64,000 bases of DNA from NCBI GenBank assembly GCA_036961445.1, contig JBALVO010000001.1, positions 2,611 to 66,610 of the forward strand, read 5' to 3'. The stretch is from Halioglobus sp. (GTDB taxonomy: Bacteria; Pseudomonadota; Gammaproteobacteria; Pseudomonadales; Halieaceae). A program made the translations under genes and the position numbers. Under the pieces are notes generated by a model. That model searched no databases, had not been told where the DNA came from, and was given only the letters and a program-made list of their open reading frames with translations. Positions 48,882 through 59,008 of this stretch are shown here, in pieces; the stretch's first letter is position 1; each line of letters opens with the position of its first letter.

Positions 48882-49685
48882 ATGTCCTTTGTCACTGTAG
48901 AAAAACCGCGCCCCTATGTCACGCTAATTACGCTCAACCGACCTGAGCGTATGAATGCGATGGCCTTTGATGTCATGGTGCCGTTTAAAGAAGCGTTGGA
49001 AGAAGTCAGTTTTGACAATGAAACCCGGGTAGTGGTGGTGACCGGAGCCGGTGACGGTTTTTGTGCCGGTGCCGACCTTGAGGACCCTGGCTGGATGGAT
49101 AGCTTCAATGGGCTTACGGTGCCGGGCATCGCCCGCCGCGCCATGAAGCTACTCGAAGACGTTATCAAGGCGATACAGGGTATGCACCAGCCGGTCATTG
49201 GCGCTATCAATGGCCCGGCCATAGGCGGGGGGTTTTGCCTTGCCATGGCTACTGATATGCGTATTGCTGCGGATAAAGCGTATTTTCGTGCGGCAGGTAT
49301 AAACAACGGACTCACTTCTGCTGAATTGGGCTTGAGCTATCTGCTACCTCGCGCGATAGGAACCAGTCGGGCTTTTGACGTTATGCTGACCGGCAGAGAC
49401 GTTGCCGCCGAGGAAGCCCAGCGCATAGGTTTGGTATCCACGGTAGTATCGCAGGATCAGTTACTACAGGCATGTTATGACACAGCCGAGCGCATCAATG
49501 GCTTTAGCCAGTTGGGCGTCGAGCTTAGTAAGCAAATGTTGTGGGCTGGTGTAGATGCTGGCAGTTTGCATACGCACATGAATCATGAGGGTCTTGCACA
49601 GTTGTTTGTGCGTATGACCACCAAAAATTTTGAAGAGGCGATCAAAGCGCGCAAGGATGACCGCTCGCCAGAGTTCAGGGACTAA
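48882..49685 (+). CDS. enoyl-CoA hydratase/isomerase family protein
   Basis: 267 aa. FCAGADL, NGPAIGGGFCLAMATDMRIA. Confidence 0.88.
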   Translation: MSFVTVEKPRPYVTLITLNRPERMNAMAFDVMVPFKEALEEVSFDNETRVVVVTGAGDGFCAGADLEDPGWMDSFNGLTVPGIARRAMKLLEDVIKAIQGMHQPVIGAINGPAIGGGFCLAMATDMRIAADKAYFRAAGINNGLTSAELGLSYLLPRAIGTSRAFDVMLTGRDVAAEEAQRIGLVSTVVSQDQLLQACYDTAERINGFSQLGVELSKQMLWAGVDAGSLHTHMNHEGLAQLFVRMTTKNFEEAIKARKDDRSPEFRD

Positions 49686-49696
49686 GTGACGATGTT

Positions 49697-50308
49697 CTAG
49701 TTGCTTGCTATGCCCGTGGTGAATGCACTTTGCAGCAGCGGCGTGTCCCGATTTTGCCAGGCCCACAATATTGCCGGTGCCAGAGTGGGGATTAGCAGTA
49801 CATTCAGCTGGTAAAGTAGGGCGATGACATCCGCAGGCGGAACAAATACCTCAGACTGCGTGAAAAAAACCGCTCCCAGGTTAACCATAAGCTCTTTCAG
49901 GCACAGGCACAGCAGGCCAAATATAAAGAGCACATAGAGTGTAAGCAGCCCCCAGAATAATTTGCCCAGAGAGTCCTGCTTGGGTGTAGCGAAATGCAGG
50001 GCCGTGTAAAAAGGTAATGAATAGGACAGGATACGGGTATCCAGTTTGAACCCCAGCAGGTAGTCAGACTCCTGTGGTGCAACCAGTTTGCCGTTTAGCT
50101 CGCCAAATTCGGTCATCAATAATGCTTCAGGTCCCTGGGCATAAACTGCGTTGACGACATCGGGAAACCAGGCGGTCAATATCGTATTCACAAAGCCGAT
50201 GGCTGGCAGAGCCAGTGCCGCGCTGGCTGCCGTCCACAGGACAAAGCAGGGAATAAGCAGCACAAAAATAAACAACAAAAATTGGCGCAGATAATGTTGT
50301 TCAGGCAT
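49697..50308 (-). CDS. polytopic membrane protein partnered with the small exosortase (exosortase-H-associated-type)
   Basis: 203 aa with about 5 TM segments. Its start overlaps the exosortase gene stop by 8 nt. Contains IPTLAPAILWAW near the C-terminus. Confidence 0.6.
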   Translation of the reverse strand: MPEQHYLRQFLLFIFVLLIPCFVLWTAASAALALPAIGFVNTILTAWFPDVVNAVYAQGPEALLMTEFGELNGKLVAPQESDYLLGFKLDTRILSYSLPFYTALHFATPKQDSLGKLFWGLLTLYVLFIFGLLCLCLKELMVNLGAVFFTQSEVFVPPADVIALLYQLNVLLIPTLAPAILWAWQNRDTPLLQSAFTTGIASN

Positions 50309-50807
50309 TGGTGGGCTCTTGGGTTTGCACCTGATTGGACAAATAACGCAGATACACGATAAAAACGATCAGTACATCGAGCATTATCAATACTGGCCAC
50401 AGGTACAGGTGTATCCAGGTGAAGTATTCCAGATTCCAGTTGCCCAGATAAAACAGGCTGATAATGCGCACTATATTCATGGCTTGTACCGCCAGGAATC
50501 CAATTCCAACGACTGCCAGGCGCGCGCGCCAGGGGGCGGGAAAGGCGAGAACCGCCGCTATCAGTACGATAGTGGCTTCTACACCATTACACCCTGCTTC
50601 AATGGAAACGGCAAAACCGTTATCACCAAATTGCAGCACTTTGCCGTAGGCAATCACTGAACTGTCAAAGGGTAAAATTATGGCTGCGCTGATATTAGCC
50701 AACACCGTGGTGAAGGGGACGATCACATGTGCTTGAACCGGGCTCAGCATCTCAATGGTGAACAGGCCAACCAGCACCAGCAAAAAAACAATAACGAAAC
50801 GAGTCAC
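50301..50807 (-). CDS. xrtH: small exosortase (XrtH-like exosortase/archaeosortase family transpeptidase)
   Basis: 168 aa polytopic protein. Cys73 in AGCNGVEA, Asn111-x-x-Arg114 in NIVRI and His133 in WIHLY occur in the order expected for the exosortase catalytic set. Confidence 0.7.
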   Translation of the reverse strand: MTRFVIVFLLVLVGLFTIEMLSPVQAHVIVPFTTVLANISAAIILPFDSSVIAYGKVLQFGDNGFAVSIEAGCNGVEATIVLIAAVLAFPAPWRARLAVVGIGFLAVQAMNIVRIISLFYLGNWNLEYFTWIHLYLWPVLIMLDVLIVFIVYLRYLSNQVQTQEPTNA

Positions 50808-50891
50808 TAATGCAGCCCTCCATCAGGGGGAGTTGAGTGATTAAGCACAGACTGTATTGTAGCCAGACCCTGACGCTCATAAATGAAGCGT

Positions 50892-51794
50892 TTATTCACC
50901 ATTCACCTCTCCGGAGATAAGTCGAAAGTCTATTCCGGTCAGTCGATCATAATCGTAAGCGCTGAGTCTGAATAGCAGGCTATATTCACTGCTGCTGATA
51001 AAATGTGCTTTTTCTACAGTGAATATTTCCAGCGTGACTTCGCCCGCCAGGCTTTGCACTTGCAAAACGAGGTCAGCTTCGGTGGTTGACAAGTCACGTT
51101 GCAGGTCCTCTGAGGCCACGCCGTCAATCTGCATCGTGCGCAGTGCGCTGAGCAGTCCTTGCAGTTCGCGCTCGTCCGGTTTCAGCCCTGCTCCTGACAC
51201 CCACTCACCGCTCGTGCGCTGCACGCTGTAGCTATCGGCGATAATGCTAAGCGGCGCGCGTACTTGTAGCAATCTGGGGTCCAGCCATGCACCGCTGACC
51301 CCGGGGACGTCAAAGACATTGAAAGTGATACTGTAAATATCATCATGCCCTTTTTGGCGAGCGTGGTTCTTGCGAAAGGCGGGAGAGGTGCCCAGGTAGA
51401 CCAGCGCCAGCTGTTCGTTGGCCGACAGCAGCGCCAGGCTGCGTTGGTAATGGTAGTCCGCCACCTGGAATCTTTGGCGTGCGGCAATAGATTGAGCTAT
51501 AGGCCAACCATTGTCCTGGTCAGTAATAGCAGCCAGCAGCTTGTTGATTTTGTGCGGGTCCGCGGGCAGATGCTCCAGTTCTGGCAGCACCCAGTGCCCC
51601 CCGATTTTCTGCAGCACGGCTTCGTTGTCGTATTCGTCTCCTATGCGCACTTCATCGATGTCCTGCGGGCTCAAAGAGAGCAGGTGCCGATGAGCTGGCT
51701 GCTCCAATAAGGCCTGGTCTGGCCAGTAGACGGCAGTAATAATTCCGCACTGGATAAGAAGTATCAGCAATAAGCTGGTGACCGAGCGCGTCAC
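50892..51794 (-). CDS. DUF4340-like protein (accessory to the GldG-type ABC system)
   Basis: N-terminal TM anchor (LLLILLIQCGIITAVYW). Its GTG start overlaps the upstream TGA (GTGA at 51791..51794). The track ORF extends to 51872. Confidence 0.6.
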   Translation of the reverse strand: MTRSVTSLLLILLIQCGIITAVYWPDQALLEQPAHRHLLSLSPQDIDEVRIGDEYDNEAVLQKIGGHWVLPELEHLPADPHKINKLLAAITDQDNGWPIAQSIAARQRFQVADYHYQRSLALLSANEQLALVYLGTSPAFRKNHARQKGHDDIYSITFNVFDVPGVSGAWLDPRLLQVRAPLSIIADSYSVQRTSGEWVSGAGLKPDERELQGLLSALRTMQIDGVASEDLQRDLSTTEADLVLQVQSLAGEVTLEIFTVEKAHFISSSEYSLLFRLSAYDYDRLTGIDFRLISGEVNGE

Positions 51795-54652
51795 AGTGCC
51801 AGGCCTTTGGCATACTTGCGTCGCCGCAATCTTTTCCGCAGCCCGTGTGCGCCCGCCAGTAGTAGCAGCCACAAAATGGCCAGAGCGTAATTTATGTACT
51901 CGATAATTATCTGTGCCTTGCGCTCCATGGGTGGCAGTGTGCGATTAAAATGTGCCCGGGAACGAATTTCCAGCAATTGGTCGTCCTGTAGCGACCAGTC
52001 CAGGGTATTTAAAAACAACTCCAGTGGCCCCAGGTATTGTGTGCCAGCGGCGGTGACCTGGGCATTCAGGATCTGGTCATCCATAAAGTCGTTGGAAGCG
52101 AATAGCACTATGCGGGCCGATTCCGGAGAGTGCTGTACGAGGCTGGTGACACCTGGCCCGCTGTACATTGGGGTATCTTCATCGATGTTATTGAGGGGGT
52201 GAGCGCTGTCGGTAAAAAAAGATTTGAAGCGACCTTGCACCACTATGCCCAGGGTTTCTGCTTGCTGGCTGGTGTTCTGGGGGCGAAAACTGCTGAGTCC
52301 GTCTGGACCCATACTGGGCATGACATCCATGCCGTTACTACGCCATGACAATGCGGAGCTCTCCAGCAGTTCTGTGATGCGGTTTGCATTGTCGCGGCCA
52401 ATGGTAATGGGCGAGGCCCATGCCATGGTCAATTGGGGTAGCTTGCCGGTTACCGGGTGTTCCGGGGCTAATCCCGGGGTGCGCAGATCAATGAAGTACG
52501 GATAGTCGATCATCTGTACATCTTGAAATTCATAATCGCCTGACGTCCTGGTAATCGGCGCAGGAAACGCCGAATTCTGCTTATCCAATACCAGTGAGTC
52601 GTCTATCTCGATATGGTGAGACGCCAACCACTGCTGTAGTCCGCTGTTGTAGTCCCGCATGTGTATTTGCCCGCCACTGATCTCTGCAGTGAAAGGCGAT
52701 GTTGCCAAAATGACGGTACCACCGCGCATCAGGAACTGGTCGATAGCAAAGACTGATTTTTCATCCAACTGATGTGGGGCTACTACCGCCAGTATATCTG
52801 CCTCGGGTGTAACGCCACCGTCGGACAAATCTTCCAGACGAATACTATAGTCGCGGGTGATGGCACGTTCCAGATTGACGAAAGTGGGCCCGCCCAGTTG
52901 GTATTGGGCCATTTGCTGGTTTACCTTGGGTGTGACCAGGGCCACAGTACTGGTAAAACCACTGGCAAAGCGCTTTAGTCCTGCGTCCAGTAACAACTTA
53001 AATGCAGCGGGATCGAAATCATCGGTGGGCAATTGCACAACTTGTCGCGTATCGGCCAGCGTCAGGTAGAAGAAAAATTCCTGATCCTGGTCAAGCGATG
53101 CGACCATGGGTTTGAAGCCCCATTCATCAGCTATTTGGTGGGCAACTATGCCGTCGCGAGCTTCAGGTTCTATAAATCGTACGCTGAACTTTTCGCCTGC
53201 GTGGCTGGAGGCCAATTCCAGCTGCGCTTTAATCGAGTCTTTGTAGGCCAGCAGTTGCTCGGGCAATAGGGCGTCACCAGAGACATAACCGATAAATTCC
53301 ACCGGCTCGTCCAGGCCCTCGAACAGGTCGCCGCCCATGCGGTAGTTGTACAGTACGTCTTTAATGGCGCGGGTAATATCGTATTCCGGATTACGCAATA
53401 GCACTTCAGCGTCGCCGTTGGTGGCCGTGCGTACTTCAATCAGGTCGGAAAAGCTCAAGGTTTCATGTTCGTTGCCATAGCTCACCAGGATGTTGAAATA
53501 GGAATTCACCAGTGCCGCCTGATAGCGATCGGCTACCTGAAAGGGGGTGGCGGAAATCCCATAGCGCTCGTTCGCTTCGCGTTCCAATTCCGGCTCCAGG
53601 GCCGGGTCGATGATCTCGATGTTTACATTGCCCCTGCCGGCAACTTCATATTCCCTGATCAGGTCGCGTAGCTGTGGCACCAGAGGGGCTAACAAGGGAT
53701 GGGTCTTGGCGCTGAAGTAGCCGCGAATCAACAATGGTTCCTGCAATTGATCCAGGAAGTCATGGGTAGGCTGGGAAATACTGTATAGCTTGCCTTTGGT
53801 CATATCCAGTCGCAGAGCATCGATACGATCCAGCCAGATATTGGCCAGTACCAGGTTAACCAGCAACAGCATGGTAGCGGTGCGCCAGTGACGATGACGT
53901 GCGGTTGAGACTGCCTTGGCCCAGCGCTCTTTTTCCAGTACATAGACGTTGAGTGCCAGGAAACCTGCGATCAGGCTCAGGTAATACAATAGATCGCGCA
54001 GATCGAGAACCCCGCGGGTAATACTATCAAAGCGCGAACCACTGCCCAGCAAGCGTAATGTCTCGCCGATTTGGTTATCAAAAAAGTCGGTGATGGTAAC
54101 GCTGCCCAGCAAATACAATGTCCCGCAAAGGCTAACTGTGCCAATCAGGCTGACAATGGGGTTATCGGTGCGTGCGGATATGAATAAACCGGCGCTGAGA
54201 TAGGCGGCTCCAAGTAGGGCGGCGGCAAGATAACCGGCCACTACCGGCCCCCAGTCCAGGTCGGCCATCAACGATACGGTCACGGGTAGCGGCAGTGTGC
54301 AAATCAGGGCGAGCAGCAGGAGTGTAAAACAGGCGCGGAATTTCCCCACAACAAAGCGCCACAAGCTGACCGGTTGGGTCATTACATGTTCCAGCGTACC
54401 GGTGCGGCGTTCTTCGCTCCACATGCGCATGGTTAGCGCTGCGCAGAGAAATATCAGCAGGATTGGCATCCACTCGAACAGGGGGCGAATGTCGGCAATA
54501 TTGCGCGCAAAGAATGATTCCACCCAGAAAAATATGAACAGCGTGATCGCGGCAAAACAGCCCAGGAACAACCAGGCCACCGGCGAAGCAAAAAATAAGC
54601 GGACTTCTTTTTGCGCCACTCGACGTGAAACTGAATCAGTCAACATCGGCAT
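51791..54652 (-). CDS. ABC-2 permease fused to a GldG-type auxiliary domain (GldF-GldG fusion)
   Basis: About 950 aa. The N-terminal ~250 aa has 6 TM segments (ABC-2 type). A large extracytoplasmic domain follows, then a C-terminal TM and basic tail (LLLLAGAHGLRKRLRRRK). The start (54652 or 54646) overlaps the ATPase stop. Confidence 0.75.
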   Translation of the reverse strand: MPMLTDSVSRRVAQKEVRLFFASPVAWLFLGCFAAITLFIFFWVESFFARNIADIRPLFEWMPILLIFLCAALTMRMWSEERRTGTLEHVMTQPVSLWRFVVGKFRACFTLLLLALICTLPLPVTVSLMADLDWGPVVAGYLAAALLGAAYLSAGLFISARTDNPIVSLIGTVSLCGTLYLLGSVTITDFFDNQIGETLRLLGSGSRFDSITRGVLDLRDLLYYLSLIAGFLALNVYVLEKERWAKAVSTARHRHWRTATMLLLVNLVLANIWLDRIDALRLDMTKGKLYSISQPTHDFLDQLQEPLLIRGYFSAKTHPLLAPLVPQLRDLIREYEVAGRGNVNIEIIDPALEPELEREANERYGISATPFQVADRYQAALVNSYFNILVSYGNEHETLSFSDLIEVRTATNGDAEVLLRNPEYDITRAIKDVLYNYRMGGDLFEGLDEPVEFIGYVSGDALLPEQLLAYKDSIKAQLELASSHAGEKFSVRFIEPEARDGIVAHQIADEWGFKPMVASLDQDQEFFFYLTLADTRQVVQLPTDDFDPAAFKLLLDAGLKRFASGFTSTVALVTPKVNQQMAQYQLGGPTFVNLERAITRDYSIRLEDLSDGGVTPEADILAVVAPHQLDEKSVFAIDQFLMRGGTVILATSPFTAEISGGQIHMRDYNSGLQQWLASHHIEIDDSLVLDKQNSAFPAPITRTSGDYEFQDVQMIDYPYFIDLRTPGLAPEHPVTGKLPQLTMAWASPITIGRDNANRITELLESSALSWRSNGMDVMPSMGPDGLSSFRPQNTSQQAETLGIVVQGRFKSFFTDSAHPLNNIDEDTPMYSGPGVTSLVQHSPESARIVLFASNDFMDDQILNAQVTAAGTQYLGPLELFLNTLDWSLQDDQLLEIRSRAHFNRTLPPMERKAQIIIEYINYALAILWLLLLAGAHGLRKRLRRRKYAKGLAL

Positions 54653-55568
54653 TAATCTCCCGAAAGATGCTGTCCAGACCCTTGGCCACACGCTGCAGTT
54701 GATAAAGGCGAGCGCCGGCCCTGATAACACACTGGGCGATATTGTTTGCGGCGGTGTCCATGTCCGAGTTCGGGTGAAGATCCAGGGTAAATTGCATTAT
54801 CCCGGGCTCTGAGGAACCCTGGACGATCGCTGCCACCTGAGGCATTCGTTGCAGATACGAGGCCAATGATTCCGCCGCGTTGTCGGTGCGCAATAGCAAT
54901 GATGTGCTGTGATGCAGAGCATGTAAGTGCTGGTCCAGGGCCAGACGTCCATTGCGCAACATTAATACCCGGTCACAGACAGCATCCACTTCCTGCATGA
55001 TGTGGGTTGACAATATGACCGTAGCGCGGCGCGCCAGTTTCTTGATTAATTGGCGCATGTGTTCGGTCTGGTTGGGGTCCAGTCCATTGGTCGGTTCATC
55101 CAGGATCAGTAAACGGGGTTTACCCAGAATTGCCTGAGCGACTCCTACACGTTGACGCAGACCGCGTGACAATGTGCTTATCTTGTCCAGCGCCCTTGGC
55201 GCCAGATCTGTGGCTAGCAGCACTTCGCGCACCGACTGGTAGCGCGCTGCAGCAGGGACACCTTTCAATGTGGCAGCGTATTCCAGATAATCCGCGACCA
55301 GCATGTCCGGGTAGACCGGGAGATTTTCTGGCAGATATCCTAGCTGTTGCTGAACGGTGTGTGCATGGGTAGATAGCTCGACGCCGCCAATGGAGATAGA
55401 GCCAGCGGTGGGTTCGAGATAGCCGCTGAGCATCCTCATTATCGTGGTCTTGCCCGCCCCGTTGTGTCCCAGTAGCCCGACGATCTCACTTTTGCCGATA
55501 TGGAAAGACACGTTGTCCACAGCGGTGGTTTTGTCGTAGCGACGTGTCAGGGATTGCACTTCAATCAT
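54636..55568 (-). CDS. ABC transporter ATP-binding protein (GldA-like)
   Basis: 310 aa. Walker A GHNGAGKTT, signature LSRGLRQRV, Walker B LLILDEPT. Confidence 0.92.
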   Translation of the reverse strand: MIEVQSLTRRYDKTTAVDNVSFHIGKSEIVGLLGHNGAGKTTIMRMLSGYLEPTAGSISIGGVELSTHAHTVQQQLGYLPENLPVYPDMLVADYLEYAATLKGVPAAARYQSVREVLLATDLAPRALDKISTLSRGLRQRVGVAQAILGKPRLLILDEPTNGLDPNQTEHMRQLIKKLARRATVILSTHIMQEVDAVCDRVLMLRNGRLALDQHLHALHHSTSLLLRTDNAAESLASYLQRMPQVAAIVQGSSEPGIMQFTLDLHPNSDMDTAANNIAQCVIRAGARLYQLQRVAKGLDSIFREINADVD

Positions 55569-55642
55569 ACAGTCAGGGTGTCTTGTCTAAAGTGGGTCGT
55601 TCATAGGCTTCAGCCAGACAGCACAAGTAACGGCTGCTGGCC

Positions 55643-56401
55643 TCAGAAGTTGAATAATAACTTAAAAATAAAGGCAACGAGTACCAGATTGAGTATCAGG
55701 CGAATCAGGTTCTCGCCTTTACTGACTGAAAAATGCGCGCCCAGGTAGCCGCCAATCGAATTCCCCAGCGCCAGCGCCAAGCCTACGGCCCACATTATTT
55801 CCACCTGGCTGGCATAAATAGCCAAAGCTACGATGGTGTACACGGCGACGATAAAGACCTTGTGCATATTGGTCCGCACCAGATCCAGGCCCATGACCCG
55901 GTTGAGTACCGGCATTATAATAAAACCCACTCCGATCTGAATAAACCCACCCCAGAAGCCCACTACTACCATTAGCAGGTGGCCGTTGAGCATTTGCCTG
56001 CCCGTGGGTTGGTGGTCCTTAGACTGCTCGGTAGCGCCTTTGTCGAAGTGCATTACCAGCATGACGCCCAGCATGATGAGAGCTAGAATCCGATTGAACC
56101 AGACGCCATCAAGCTGTGTACCCAGCAGTGCTCCTGCTGCGGCACCCGGGACAGCGCAGGCGGCCAGGCTTAGGCTTAGTTTGAAATCCCGAAATCCGCG
56201 TCGGGCAAACGTGGCGATTGCAGTAATGTTTTGAGCCAGGATGGCGATGCGGTTAGTGCCATTGGCCGCTGGCCCGGGTAGGCCCATGAACAGCAGGACT
56301 GGAACGGTGATCAGTGAGCCGCCGCCGGCCATTACATTGAGAAAGCCGGCGAGGATGCCGACCGTAACCAGTAGTCCGCCTTGCCAGAGCTCGAACTCCA
56401 A
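55643..56401 (-). CDS. sulfite exporter TauE/SafE family membrane protein
   Basis: 252 aa polytopic protein. LNVMAGGGSLITVPVLLFMGLP motif. TTG start 2 nt after the gor stop. Confidence 0.8.
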   Translation of the reverse strand: MEFELWQGGLLVTVGILAGFLNVMAGGGSLITVPVLLFMGLPGPAANGTNRIAILAQNITAIATFARRGFRDFKLSLSLAACAVPGAAAGALLGTQLDGVWFNRILALIMLGVMLVMHFDKGATEQSKDHQPTGRQMLNGHLLMVVVGFWGGFIQIGVGFIIMPVLNRVMGLDLVRTNMHKVFIVAVYTIVALAIYASQVEIMWAVGLALALGNSIGGYLGAHFSVSKGENLIRLILNLVLVAFIFKLLFNF

Positions 56402-56403
56402 CG

Positions 56404-57762
56404 CTAGTCTTCCGTCCAGGGCTCGCGCATGGTGACAAATTCTTCCGCCGCGGTGGGGTGTATGCCAATGGTGCTGTCGAAATTCGCCTTGGTGGCCCCG
56501 GCTCTCAGGGCGATGGCGATACCTTGCATGATCTCACCGGCATCCGGTCCCATCATGTGCACACCCACGACTCGGTCACTGGCCTGATCGACTATCAACT
56601 TCATGAAGGTTTTTTCATCCCTGCCACTAATGGTGTGCTTCATTGGCTTGAAGGTCGATTTGAACACCACGATATTGCCAAATTCAGCCTGTGCCTGCTC
56701 CTCGGTAAATCCCACAGTGCCGATATTGGGCTGACTAAATACCGCGGTGGGTATGAAGTCATACTCCACCTGGTTTTCCAGGGCACCAAATTGGCGGCGA
56801 GCAAAGGACATGCCCTCAGCCAGGGCTACCGGGGTCAGTTCCATGCCACCGGTGACATCACCCAGGGCAAAAATACTGGGTTCAGTACTGCGGTATTGTT
56901 CGTCCACGACAATAGTGCCACCGTCACTGACTTTCACATTGACGTTTTCCAGGCCCAAACCTTCCAGGTTGGCTTTGCGACCGGTGGCGTACAACACCGC
57001 ATCTGCCTCCACGGTAGAGCCATCGGTTAGCTGGATTTGCAGGCCAGAGGCGGCGCGAGTGATGGACTCCACATTAACCTCAAAGCGCAGGTCCACCCCG
57101 CTCTTGGCAATTTCCTGGGCGGCGTGAGCCCGAATGTCGGAGTCAAAACCCCGCAGGAATAAAGGTCCCCGGTAGAATTGGGTTACTTGTGCGCCCAGTC
57201 CGTTAAAGATGCCGGCGAATTCAACCGCGATATAGCCGCCCCCAACAATCACCAGGCGCTGCGGAAAGGCTTCCAGATCGAAAATTTCGTTGGAGGTTAT
57301 GGCGTATTCACTGCCGGGAAACTCGGGAACATGTGGCCAGCCGCCGGTGGCGATCAGAAGCTTACCAGCAGAATAGCGTTGTTCCCCAACCGCTACCGTA
57401 TGGGCATCAACGATGCGTGCCCGGCCTTCTATCACCTGTGCGTTAACGCCGGACAGCAGATTCCGGTAGATGGCGTTCAAGCGGGATATTTCGGTCTTTT
57501 TGTTGTCGCGTAACGTGGCCCAGGTGAACTGTGGTGTTGCGCTGTCCCAGCCGAAGCCCTGTGCATCCTTGAAACCTTTGCCATACTCCGCCGCATAGAC
57601 ATAGAGTTTTTTCGGCACACAACCGACATTGACGCAGGTTCCGCCCATATATCGGTCCTCAGCTACTGCAACGCGTGCGCCAAAACTCGATGCCATGCGC
57701 GCTGCCCGCACGCCCCCCGAGCCCGCACCAATCACCAACAGGTCATAGTCATAATCAGTCAT
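56404..57762 (-). CDS. gor: glutathione-disulfide reductase
   Basis: 452 aa. VIGAGSGG, redox-active [14 protein letters not shown]-terminal HPTAAEE. Confidence 0.93.
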   Translation of the reverse strand: MTDYDYDLLVIGAGSGGVRAARMASSFGARVAVAEDRYMGGTCVNVGCVPKKLYVYAAEYGKGFKDAQGFGWDSATPQFTWATLRDNKKTEISRLNAIYRNLLSGVNAQVIEGRARIVDAHTVAVGEQRYSAGKLLIATGGWPHVPEFPGSEYAITSNEIFDLEAFPQRLVIVGGGYIAVEFAGIFNGLGAQVTQFYRGPLFLRGFDSDIRAHAAQEIAKSGVDLRFEVNVESITRAASGLQIQLTDGSTVEADAVLYATGRKANLEGLGLENVNVKVSDGGTIVVDEQYRSTEPSIFALGDVTGGMELTPVALAEGMSFARRQFGALENQVEYDFIPTAVFSQPNIGTVGFTEEQAQAEFGNIVVFKSTFKPMKHTISGRDEKTFMKLIVDQASDRVVGVHMMGPDAGEIMQGIAIALRAGATKANFDSTIGIHPTAAEEFVTMREPWTED

Positions 57763-58822
57763 GGTGCACTCCGTTTTTTCTGACCGCTGCTGTGAGTAAC
57801 TGCAGTAATGGTTCAGTTTCTTTTAATGAGAGACAGGCATCAGTGATGCTCTGCCCGTAGGTAAGCTCTTGGCCGGAGATTACTGATTGAGTTCCACCTA
57901 AAAGATGGCTTTCCAGCATTACTCCGCGGATAGCGCTTTGCCCCTGTTCTATCTGGTCACACACAGAGGAAATCACCTCTGCCTGGCGGGTTGGGTCTTT
58001 TTCGCTGTTACCGTGGCTGCAGTCAATAATAACGGCAGGTGTCAGGTCTTTGCTGGCCAGTGCCACAGCGGCATCGTGTACATCCTGCGCGTGGTAATTG
58101 GGCCCCGTCGGCTTGCCGCCGCGTAAGATCAGGTAGCCATGCAGGTTGCCCCTGGACTGCAGGATGGCAGGGGTGCCTTCCTTGGTGATCGAGGGAAACC
58201 AATGGCTGTGCCGTGCTGAGCGTATGGCGTCTATGGCCACGTCGATCTGCCCGTTAGTGGCATTTTTGAAACCAACGGGCATGGACAACCCCGATGCTAG
58301 CTCACGATGAATCTGGCTTTCTACGGTCCTTGCACCGATGGCCCCAAAACTCACCAATTCTGCGTAATACTGACCAAAAATGGTATCGAGAAACTCACTG
58401 GCTGCGGGCAGCCCAATCTCTGCCACGTCTAGCAATACTTTGCGTGCCAGGCGCAGGCCCTTGTTGATGTGAAAACTGTTGTCCAGATCGGGGTCGTTGA
58501 TGAGCCCCTTCCAGCCTATTACGGTTCTTGGTTTTTCAAAATACACCCGCAGTACCGGCACTATGGCATCTGCAAGCGGCTCGCAGATAGTTTTGAACTG
58601 CGCTGCAAAGTCCAGCAGAGCGTCAGGATCATGTACCGAGCAGGGGCCAACTATCGCCAGTAGTCGCGGATCGCGGCCGGATAGCACATTTTCTATCGTG
58701 TGGCGCGAGTCTGCTATAAATTGCGCCCGTGGCTCGGGTAACGGTAGTTCCTCAGCCAGCACCCACGGGGTGATTAGCGGTTGTGCGTTGCCAATACGGA
58801 CATCATCTGTGGATCTTTTCAT
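57755..58822 (-). CDS. 3-deoxy-7-phosphoheptulonate (DAHP) synthase, class I
   Basis: [22 protein letters not shown] motifs. Start trimmed to the ATG at 58822 ([10 protein letters not shown]...). The stop overlaps the gor start by 8 nt. Confidence 0.9.
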   Translation of the reverse strand: MKRSTDDVRIGNAQPLITPWVLAEELPLPEPRAQFIADSRHTIENVLSGRDPRLLAIVGPCSVHDPDALLDFAAQFKTICEPLADAIVPVLRVYFEKPRTVIGWKGLINDPDLDNSFHINKGLRLARKVLLDVAEIGLPAASEFLDTIFGQYYAELVSFGAIGARTVESQIHRELASGLSMPVGFKNATNGQIDVAIDAIRSARHSHWFPSITKEGTPAILQSRGNLHGYLILRGGKPTGPNYHAQDVHDAAVALASKDLTPAVIIDCSHGNSEKDPTRQAEVISSVCDQIEQGQSAIRGVMLESHLLGGTQSVISGQELTYGQSITDACLSLKETEPLLQLLTAAVRKNGVHHD

Positions 58823-59008
58823 ATGCTCGCCAAAAAACTGGGATGTAGGTGAGTCGGCAAAACGCCTTGGTAGGCTGCTGTGGCTACCGTGCTTATCGAA
58901 TGGCAATAAAAATATGGCCTATAAGGATAGTAAGTGCTTACAAGCGACTGTTTTTCAGGTAGCAAAAGGGGCGAATCTTTCGCCCCTGCTGATGTCTGCT
59001 ACCCTGGT

